A DNA stretch of 64,000 bases from the NCBI GenBank assembly GCA_977016875.1, contig CDRNST010000382.1, positions 1,736,001-1,800,000 of the forward strand, read 5' to 3'. Made by a program: the position numbers and the translations under genes. The stretch comes from Pavona decussata (lineage: Eukaryota). Below are positions 54,903 to 64,000 of this stretch, piece after piece. Each line of letters begins with the position of its first letter. Position 1 is the stretch's first letter. The notes below the pieces were generated by a model. That model had not been told where the DNA came from. It ran no database searches and was given only the letters and a program-made list of their open reading frames with translations.

Positions 54903-55395
54903 AACGAAAAACGAAAAAACGGAAGTCAACTTCCGTTTTTCCTTTTGTCTTTTTTATGTAAACAAAAAACGAAAAACGAAAAACGGAAGTCAACTTCCGT
55001 TTTTCGTTTTATGTGTAAACGAAAACGAAAAACGAAAAAACGGAAGTCAGCTTCCGTTTTTCCTTTTGTCGTTTTGTCGTTTTATGTGTAAACGAAAAAC
55101 GAAAAAACGGAAGTCAGCTTCCGTTTTTCCTTTTGTCGTTTTGTATGTAAACGAAAACGAAAAACGAAAAAACGGAAGTCAGTTTCCGTTTTTGCTTTTG
55201 TTGTTTTGTGTGTAAACGAAAATGAAAAACGAAAAACGGAAGTCAGCTTCCGTTTTTCCTTTTGTTGTTTTGTGTGTAAACGAAAACGAAAATCGAAAAA
55301 CGGAAGTCAACTTTCGTTTTTCCTTTTGTCGTTTTATATGTAAGAGGGAATGAAAAAAAAAATCGAAAAACATGCGTTAACTTCCGTTTTTCTTT
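54903..55395 (+). repeat. Left-arm array: ~8 units (~60-65 bp) each with palindrome AAAAACGGAAG-TCA(A/G)-CTTCCGTTTTT
   Basis: Directly visible; mirrored on the right arm. Confidence 0.92.
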
Positions 55396-55574
55396 TACCT
55401 AAAAACTAGATCTTTTTTGTTTATCGTTTTTTTGTTTTCGTTTAAAATGCATGCGGGGTGAGGGCAGGGAGAGGCGGTTAGGTGAGGGGGGTGGGGTGAT
55501 ATATAGCTACTAAGAACGCGGACGACTTGGGGCGATTTGAGTGTGGTGCACCAAAGGAGTCTGGCTCTAATCCA

Positions 55575-55627
55575 GGATTGGCCAATGTAGTACTTTGATT
55601 GGCATTTTGGTTGTGTAAAAATTGGCT
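55575..55627 (+). promoter_or_regulatory. Candidate promoter of the RING gene: clustered CCAAT/ATTGG boxes
   Basis: GGATTGGCCAATG, TGATTGGC and AATTGGC lie 35-90 bp upstream of ATG 55662. Confidence 0.4.
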
Positions 55628-55661
55628 CAAGCCCGCTAAACTGCATCTTGTTTCATGCATC

Positions 55662-58600
55662 ATGGACGGGTTCAACGTGTACAGGACATACATTCTTTGG
55701 CGCGGTCAGCAAAGAGTACACTTCACAGAAGATGACATAACAGCTGATAGAATATCGGCAGTTTTTAGAGTGAGTAGTGTATTTTTGAGTTACCTTCATT
55801 GTCAAATCATCTCCTTGAATGTTGCTGGCTTACGTTGGAAGTGACATTAACCTTACGTACGCTTGTGCTGTTTAATACTTGGGAATTGCGATTCTATTTA
55901 AAAACCGAAAGGGGTTTTCCTCGGTCATAAAGGATTTGGTTACAAAATTCTGTAACATTCAAGACCCATTTGAAGTGGTAACTGCAAACAAATTGAGGAT
56001 TTTACGAAACGCGTTCCTAAAAATACCGCTTAAGCTGAGATAATTTTTAACACAGTTTACGTTTTATCAAGCTATTAATTGGTGATCTGTTTTCGCAATG
56101 TTTGTAATTCCATATTACAAGCGCATTACAAGAATAAAGACATTGAAAATATGTTCGAATTTCGTAAGATACTCTTGGCGGGAAAATGTTCAGTGTTGTT
56201 GCCTAGCACGTGACCATCCTGTTCTCTGATTTTCTTTTTCCGTAAGATCTCAGAATTCCACGGTTGTGACTTTTGTCAAAAATTTCACGTTTTATCAAGA
56301 ATTATGTATTTAGATTTATTAGTAGATTTCCGCCGATATTATTCAGATGTAATCATTTAGGAGTGAGGAAGGAAGCCATGCAGAAGTAAATTTTGAATTG
56401 CATAGATTTCCCACGCGGCAAAGCCTTATTTGTGGTTGCCTAGCACGTGACCATCCTATTCCCTGATTTTCCTTCTCTGTAAAATCTCAGAATTCTACGG
56501 TAAAACATTTGCCAAAAATTTCACGTTTTATCAAGTATCAAGTATTTAGATTTATCAATGGCTTCCGTCGATGTTATTCAGATGTAATCAGTAAGGAGTA
56601 AGAAAGGAAGGAAGCAGTTCACGAGTAAATTTTGTATTGCAACTATTCCCACGCGGTAAAGCCTTATTTGTGGTTGCATCATTGGAACTTTTAGATTTGC
56701 TATCGTTTCGGCGTATAATCTTGTAAATTACAGCGGTTACCAATAACACGCGACCTATCGCCTTCAAAAGACTCCGATAAAGTTGCGTTTTGGTGGACGT
56801 CAATAAAAGAAAAGCCCTTGAAATTAATATGAATTCTGAGAACATTTCAAGGCAACAGAACGAAGAAGTTGACAGTTTTATCCGCTGACGGATGGTAAAC
56901 TTTATGAAAGCTGATTTCTAAGACAGGCTATCTCAAAAATGCGCATTGTTTAGACGAAGCCGTATTTTTTTCATGAAAGATTTAAAATCACCACACCTGA
57001 CAATTAAATCGGCGATCATGCAAGTGAGCAAAGTATCCGCGTGCAGTGAAAATCGAAATTTTTAAAACCTTTTATTTGCGCTTGATCTGGATGGAGAATC
57101 AATTCAAATAAAGTTTACCTTCTCTTAGCGAGGTAAAATTCTTAGTTTCTTGCAGGATTACCTTGGAATCTTGTCAGAATTCAAAATAATTTAAACGGCT
57201 TTTCTTTGATTGACGTCTACCAAAACGCAACTTTATCCGACTTAATGAATGCCGTAGGTCACGTGTTATTGGTAACCGCTGTAATTGTTATTGTCCCTGA
57301 AAAGTCCTCTGTAAAGGAAATTCATTAAAGTTTGTATTGTATTGTTGCCTAGCGCGTCCCTATTTTTCTGCCCGACACTTGATCCCGAAATATTATTATA
57401 TTCTTGGATATTCAATAGGTCCGTCTACTATTTGCCATAGAAATTAAAATACTTGAGCGTCCACAAATAATGGTTTTCCTTAAGTTTTAGAAAATGCACT
57501 CGTTAGATTTTTTCCATTTTTTGTATCCAAAAAAACTAACAAAAAAATGACATAGTGACGCTGCTTTCATGTAATTTTAACAGAGAGATCCCCTGTAAAT
57601 GTTGGTTTTGCACTTTCATGTTTTTTGAAGATACCCTCTGTTAGATTTTGGGTTTTTTTTTGTAGGCGAGTTACGCTTTAAGAGAACTGTTGTTTGTAAA
57701 ATTTCACGAAATTCTAACGAGCGGTTCCTTAGAAAACAGTTAATTTTCATTAAAACGACCAGTCACAATTTTTTGGTCAAATGCGCATGCGTAGCTTTTA
57801 ATTCGGTGTTCTCAGCAAAGATGAAAAGCGTGTAAAAAGGCTTAGCTCTTCGTGAACTCACTTTCTTTGTTCGGTGATAAATGAAGAAGGATTCACAAAC
57901 GCGAAACTAAGTTATTTTAAGAGCAAAACTCACCTTTGTGATCCATTTGGTATAAAATCGAGGGATCGATAGTATTTGCTTACCACAACCCTAGCGCGCG
58001 CTTAATAGCATCACTAACAGAATCTGTAAAGCGCACGCAAACTGTGTTCGGCCACCTTAAATGCTCCGTATATTTACACGTTTTTTCAATTTTGTTAATT
58101 CTTAGCTAGTTTTTATTGTTCTTATTTGTTTATTTGTTTGTTTGTCACTTTTTCAAAATTTTCTATTATATCATGTACCATTTTCAGTTGGGAATTATTG
58201 ATGGTTGGCGATAAAACCAGGAACACGGAAAATTGCGGAGCAACATCAAAGAGCATGAAATAGAATGAAATCAATTGATGAAAAATATAGAATATATCTA
58301 TGAAAACTGAGTATAAGACAAACTAAATGATAAAAAATATAACATCGGCTCTACTAGAATGAAAGAAAAATCTTTGTGTAAAAAAGGTTTTGTTCTGGAG
58401 GACATCCGGCCACAATTGTGCAAAGGCTCAACTTTTCCCGCCAATTTGGTCACATGCCTTGCCGACTGTCTTGTTTTTCTTCTCCGCAAGGATAGGAGCA
58501 GTCATATTAATCCCTTTACTAACACTTTTTTAATTGCACACCTGCACACCTAATATTGATATATGTTTGCAGCCGATAGCTACACATATACACGGCTGTA

Positions 58601-60037
58601 GTTTTTTGTGAGTCTATAGGCCGTTCTCAATACATGTCAAATTGCGTATGTTTCCAGGTTGAGCGAAGTAGCCTTTACCTCCAGGAGGACTTCAACAGGG
58701 TTGCCCGGTTCCCGAACTCTTCCGGCAGTTTTGACACAACAGTGTGGCTCGACAGAACCTCTTTAGAAGTTATGGGGACTGAGATAGGTGCCAACAATCC
58801 ACTGAACGTTCAAATGCCATCACCTCAAGAATTTGGTATTATGAGCATGCCTGGTACCAGCACTTCTAGTACCAACGTCACACCCGCTTCCCGTAATCAT
58901 CTATCGACTCCTAATGCGTTTTCTCTTCAGAAGCCCAAAGCACCTGGGGAGCTTCGGAGAAAAGTTTTCTATGCTGAGTTTGACGCGGACAGTTCGAACC
59001 CCGTTCCGACGGGCACAGCATATTTAAAACTTAAACCCGAACAGTGCAAAGTGACAGAGGTTGCCCAGTTGTGTAAAGAGTACCTGAATATGGAAGATGA
59101 TTTGGTTATCATAGATACAAATGGATTTGAGATCCTCGACAACCCAAGTACTCGAGGTAAGAACCAAACAGTTTTACCCCTAAAAAAACATTTCGCTTAC
59201 GTTTTCATATGTAGTTGAATTGCACGGAAAATTCTCTAGGGCTATTTAAAGAATAACACAAATTCGTCTTCCTAATATTGAGTATTGTTCACCATTAATT
59301 TAATTCTGCTTGATTTTAATTGCTCACACTACGTTATAGACATCATTTGTGGGTAAGCCACTCTCTAAAATCTAACCGGAAGGACTGACTCCTGATAGCT
59401 GCCCTGCTGAACTCAGTTAAAGTGCTAGCCATCATTGGTCATGGTTTGAAGTTTTTTTTTTTTCCAAACTAACGTGTTGCTGGGAGCAAATAAATGAAAC
59501 AGTTTCGTAAACAAGCTTCAACCACGCACTTTTTAAAAGTTTTAATTGATTATTTTGTTGCATTTCGTTAAACTAGGGCCTGAATTCTGGGGGAAGGGCT
59601 CTATGAAAGTTTACGCCGTTAAAGAGGTGGAGTACGAGCGAATAAAAATAAAGAAGGCAAAGACAGCGAACAGGTTGGCTAAAAGCAAACGGGGTTACTC
59701 TTCATCAATCGCCGAATATACCAACAACAACTTGATTCTTGACAAACTGGACGAAATTGAGGGTTCTATAGAGCGAAACGCCAAGTGCTGCAAAAGATTG
59801 CACGATTTGGACAGAGCACTAGTTGCAGCATTTAAATGCACCATTTGCCTCAACACTACGCCTGCCCAGAGAATTGAGTATGCGGGTTGCTGTGACCGTC
59901 TCGTTGCGTGTGTAGACTGTGCGGATGAATGGTACAGGAACACCGCATCGTGCCCACATTGCAGGGATGAGGATGGCCGTAATAAGAGGAGACGGGCCCG
60001 TGGCTTCAAAAGTGTTGTTGAACTAATCGAAAATTAA
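55662..60037 (+). CDS. RING-finger putative E3 ubiquitin ligase, 355 aa; exons 55662-55769, 58658-59156, 59577-60037
   Basis: All introns are GT-AG and phase-compatible (phases 0 and 1), with no stops. Coiled-coil followed by CTIC-x11-CC-x5-CVDC-x10-CPHC (RING-like). Confidence 0.82.
56196..56680 (+). repeat. ~240-bp tandem duplication in RING-gene intron 1
   Basis: TTGCCTAGCACGTGACCATCCT..ATCTCAGAATTC..AAAAATTTCACGTTTTATCAAG..ATTCAGATGTAATCA occurs twice (~56199 and ~56436). Confidence 0.85.
56731..57281. mobile_element. Tc1/mariner-type MITE (551 bp) nested in the RING-gene intron
   Basis: ~75-bp imperfect TIRs starting CAGCGGTTACCAATAACACG; TA at 56729-30 and 57282-83. Confidence 0.87.
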
Positions 60038-60142
60038 GTTTATGTTGTTTTCCTTGTAAAAAAAATTGCTGTAGGTTCTTGACTTACTCGTTGACGACCA
60101 GTTTGTCCTTATTTTTTGTTCCCGTTGAAATTGAACTTGAAA

Positions 60143-60430
60143 AGTCCAGTTCCGAATTCACCAAGACCGCTGGAAAAAAAGAGAAAAGACGCATTTATTC
60201 AGGATTAGCCTCAATATGAAGTAAAATATTAACAAGTGTTAGCAGGAAAGTGCTAAATCTGTGGGAAGATGAACTTTTCACAACTCTGTGTATTGATTTA
60301 TTTTAGGATTCAGCACTTTATTTCCTTCTAACATTTGTGAATATTTTGCTTCAGATTGAGGCTAACCCGGTATAAATGCGTCGTCCTTTGTCTTTTCATC
60401 CAGTGGTCTTGGTGAATTCGAAACTGGACT
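60143..60430. repeat. Fold-back (hairpin) element with ~115-bp arms between the convergent 3' ends
   Basis: AGTCCAGTT.CGAATTCACCAAGACC.CTGGA..GACGCATTTAT..TTAGCCTCAAT.TGAAG.AAAATATT is mirrored in 60305-60430. Confidence 0.85.
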
Positions 60431-60883
60431 ATTATTCAGAGGTTTTTCTTCTGAGTTAAAGCAACAGTGTAAAGTTTTCGTTGCAATTTAGTGCCAGTTG
60501 TTCCATTTTATTTCCTTTAGGATTTAACTTGATTCATATTTACAACAATGAATCAAATGGATGTTATTTAACAGAACAACAATAGAGAGAACAACGCAAA
60601 AAAACCTATCGGAAACATGCAAAAAATTCCTCTATTTGTAAAATTACCAATCACTTCATTACTCGTATAGTAATGTAAAAGTGCGTTCCTGTTATTTCAA
60701 TAAAAAAAATTTGCTGAATATGACTTTAACGTGTCATAAAGCAGTTTTGACATAAATCACACAATACTCCTCTACCAACAGTATGGGTCATGTGATGGTA
60801 CGAGAAACTTATCACCAACTAAGACCAGAAAGTGCGAATAATTTGTTTGATTGCCACATTTCTAAGCACGAAAACAATAAAAA

Positions 60884-62511
60884 TTATTGGCTAGAAAGGT
60901 ATCTTGTTAGCCGAATATAATATAAAATGGCATTTCTAAATAACGCATGGTTGTCATTTGCAATTGCTTGAAATATGGTGTCAATGCGGGGAAACTGCCT
61001 TCTGAATTCTCTTTCCCTGGCATCCTTTTTCGCCGGCTGCTGCCTCAGAGTATCAATTCCAAACTTCTGTTCTGTAGTCAAAGTCCCATTGTACATCTGC
61101 ACAGCTGCTTGAGGTGCGGGTACAATACTTGCGTCGATATTAACAGCCCTATTGTTAGTGCATCTTCTTTCCAGTGGAACACCTTTCCCCGTATAACAAA
61201 GAACGTTTTAGTCAGAGGGAGCGCAGAATTATGTTTGCATATTCACTGTGACAAATTTCAATAAATCTGGCGATATTTTTTCATCACCACAGAAGCACGC
61301 TGTTTACTTATAAAATGATATAGTTTATCTTCTTCAAGCTACCTGGGATAGGATGTGAATTCCACGAACTGACGGCATATTGAAGCCCAACTTCTACAAC
61401 CTGTCTTGTGACCCATGAGACGCAGTATTTGGTCACCTCATCTTCCATGTCAATAGTGCCCTCATTTTCCATCTGGACAAGAGCGCGCTTTATGGGGAAG
61501 TTAGTCCTGCTGTTCACTTCTACCCAGAGTCGTTCCACGGCATGATTCTATGCAAATTGAAATAAAGGAAAATACGTCTGTCTTGTGTCAAACAGAGAAA
61601 ATGGATAATTCCTTCACAACCCTGGGTCTCAACCGGCATAATCATGGTACGGCGGGGGTTTGCTTTCTTCAGTTAACATTCCGCATAGTTAGTAATCGTT
61701 TGTATAAATTATAAGATAGCCAATAAAGCGGTTATTCCAGCTACGTGTTGTACCTTTGTAGCAGCCGGATATACGGCAGCTGGAAAGAGGCGTCATTGCC
61801 AAGATTTATTCAGTTCTACGACTACTTTCTCCAGATGAACGCAATTACCTGCCTTGACTGTGTCTGTAGGTAGGGCTGCCTTGAACAGTTGTGACGTCTA
61901 TTTTTCAAAACATCTTGAATAAACAACACCAGCAAGAATTCCTTCCCATGATCAACTCTTATCTGATCCCACATGCCATAACGAAGAACAGTTTTTCTAG
62001 AAGAAGATACAAGGTGTTTTATCATAATATAAGCTACGAGTTCACCTTTTGCTTGATTTTGTTATTTTAAAGCTATAAACATGAGAGAAATGTTACTTCA
62101 GTTTAAATTAATTTAAGATAGGAAAAAGCTCACCTGAAAACTTCCTCGTAGATAACAATGTTGTTTTTCAGGGCCATTACCGACGTAGCAGTGATAAACG
62201 AACTATTACCATCAACAGCAATAACTTCTGTCACACCATAGCGAATCAGTTTCTCGTTTTGGTCAAAATGAAGTTTATGGCCAAAGTATTCGGCATAATA
62301 AGGTATTGGATTCAAATGACGGTTAGTTGAAGTTTGCCGTTCTTGATGGTACTGTGGATTGACACGTTTAAGTGCTTGTCCAACTCTGTTTACTCCTATT
62401 TTCAGGCCTCTTGAATGCCTGATGTGCCCCGTCATCATTTTTCTTCCATAAGAAGGTCCAACCTAACATAGAGGTAGAAAGTAGAGACCCCATAAAACGA
62501 CGCCTGATTGC

Positions 62512-62564
<53 letters not shown>

Positions 62565-63181
62565 ATAGTAGTAGTAGTAGTGTACCAGAACCATTTCCAG
62601 TAGCAGTAGAAGTGGCAGTATTATGTTCATGCGAAACTTAAAGAAGCCATTGCCCACTTTCGACATTTCGTGAATTTGATTAGCTCTTATTCTAAATACG
62701 TCCGAAATGAAGTTGCCTGAACCTAATTTATCATCGTTTTCTCCATACACAGTGTCTTTTACCACTGATGCATTTTACTACAGATCAAAATGGCTGCAAA
62801 TTCGCATGAAAGAGCCAATACTCTTTGAAAAGATTAACAAGTTTTTCCTAACATGGAAAGAAAACTGAACCGATTATTCTCCACTGTTGAATTCACTACG
62901 GGAAATGGGTTAGAACGAAATTTAGGGAAAATTGAAATAAGCTTACTAACCTCAGCAACCGCCGACAAGACTACCGCGTCCAAATCTTCTCTCGATAAGT
63001 TACGATTACGAGAATGAATATTATTTCTCGCACAAAATCTTCGAACCGTTCTTTCAGACAACCCTACAACTTCTGGATAAACTTGCTTTAAAATTATACT
63101 TATTTCATTGTGGGTTTTCTTTTCGACTTCCACCAGTTGTCTTACATACTCAACTGCATTCATGCTTTCTAACGCGGCCAT
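60884..63181 (-). CDS. IS3/retroviral integrase-core-like DDE transposase (IS3EU-like); exons 63181-62951, 62462-62134, 61996-61849, 61547-61343, ~61188-60884
   Basis: HTH-like SERTVRRFC, GPSYGRKMMTG, FGHKLHFDQNEKL..VIAVDGNS, QIRVDHGKEF, NHAVERLWVEVN, WNSHPIPG. All exon phases match and there are no stops, but the last acceptor reads ACGG rather than ACAG. Confidence 0.85.
62513..62581. repeat. (TAG)n / (CTA)n microsatellite in transposase intron 1
   Basis: About 22 trinucleotide units, directly visible. Confidence 0.95.
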
Positions 63182-63464
63182 CTTGATTCAAAAGACCTGC
63201 CAATTTACTGTACATACTCGGAGTTTGGAACTGCTGACCAAACAGACCTCGAAGCAGCCAGGACACTGGCTAGTCTTGAGTCTAAGCACCCCCTCCCCCA
63301 ACTCCTTAGTACCCCCCCTTCTTTCTTCCCTCTTTCCCTGTCCCCATATTCGTTAATGTCTGTTAACGCCTTAGCACCCCCCAACTCCTTAGTACCCCCT
63401 TCCTGTTTCCCTCTTTCCTTGTCCCCATACTCATTGATGTCTTGTTTCTTTTCGTCAACAACAA

Positions 63465-63945
63465 AAAAGGAAAAACGGAAGTTAATGTGCGTTTTTCGTT
63501 TTTCACTCCCTCTTACATATAAAACGACAAAAGGAAAAACGGAAGTTGACTTCCTTTTTTTCGTTTTCGTTTACATACAAAACGAAAAAAGGAAAAACGG
63601 AAGTTGACTTCCGTTTTTCGATTTTCGTTTTCGTTAACACACAAAACGACAAAAGGAAAAAAGGAAGTTGACTTCCGTTTTTTCGTTTTTCGCTTTTTGT
63701 TTACATAAAAACGACAAAAGGAAAAACAGAAGTTGACTTCCGTTTTTCGATTTCGTTTACATACAAAACGACAAAAGGAAAAACGGAAGCTGACTTCCGT
63801 TTTTTCGTTTTTCATTTTCGTTTACACATAAAACGACAAAACGAAAAATGGAAGTTGACTTCCGTTTTTTGTTTTTCGTTTTTTGTTTACATAAAAAAGA
63901 CAAATGGAAAAACGGAAGTTGACTTCCGTTATTTCGTTTTTCGTT
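63465..63945 (-). repeat. Right-arm palindrome array (~8 units), inverted copy of the left array
   Basis: AAAAACGGAAG-TTGA-CTTCCGTTTTT units, followed by a unique segment that is the reverse complement of 54848-54902. Confidence 0.92.
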
Positions 63946-64000
63946 TAATGACTCCTTCATTTGCCAAAGGAGAAATTGTCTTTTGATTTTCTAGTAAATT

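Larger units (their letters stand above)
53936..64000. mobile_element. Large TIR DNA transposon, IS3EU-like (DDE integrase-core transposase + RING-finger gene); right end beyond window, left end inferred
   Basis: 54848-~55400 is the reverse complement of ~63460-64000, and the match runs to the last base of the window. Two convergent spliced genes lie between the arms. Candidate left terminus TATGGCCAAAAACGAAAAA at 53936. Confidence 0.8.

Noticed and set aside
54903-55395. CRISPR-like array of regularly spaced palindromic repeats (also 63465-63945)
   Set aside because: The spacers are near-identical low-complexity sequence, there are no cas genes, the context is eukaryotic and intron-containing, and the arrays are mirror images forming transposon arms.
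62463-62765. ORF with a long poly-Tyr run
   Set aside because: It is a translation of the (TAG)n microsatellite inside transposase intron 1.
63356-63960. Short K/R/F-rich ORFs (also 54888-55373)
   Set aside because: They are read-throughs of the TIR repeat arrays.

Overview
AT-rich eukaryotic (metazoan) DNA with GT-AG introns. A cnidarian/coral-type invertebrate origin is my impression from the repeat families and is not proven. The window is almost entirely nested mobile elements and has no clear housekeeping gene. From left to right: (1) a decayed BEL/Pao LTR retrotransposon (1-~7855) split by a pogo-type DNA transposon (3413-5440, TA TSD); (2) an RPA70-like OB-fold/C4-zinc pseudogene (9006-14849) cut in frame by a complete two-gene PIF/Harbinger transposon (9646-14314, AAC TSD); (3) a spliced SAM-domain gene remnant, a MULE transposase remnant, a Kolobok-type transposase fragment and a RecQ-like helicase fragment; (4) two paralogous, degraded large tyrosine-recombinase genes (C2H2 fingers + acidic linker + YR + Myb-like tail) at ~29.2-32.2 kb and ~45.4-48.3 kb, with no RT nearby; (5) a young, almost intact BEL/Pao element (32776-38731); (6) many MITEs. 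The most striking system is at the right end: a large inverted-repeat element (probably 53936 to beyond 64000). Its arms are arrays of a 26-bp palindrome, and it carries two convergent spliced genes, an IS3/integrase-core DDE transposase (IS3EU-like) and an intact 355-aa RING-finger putative E3 ligase. All family calls come from motif recognition by eye; no database search was run.
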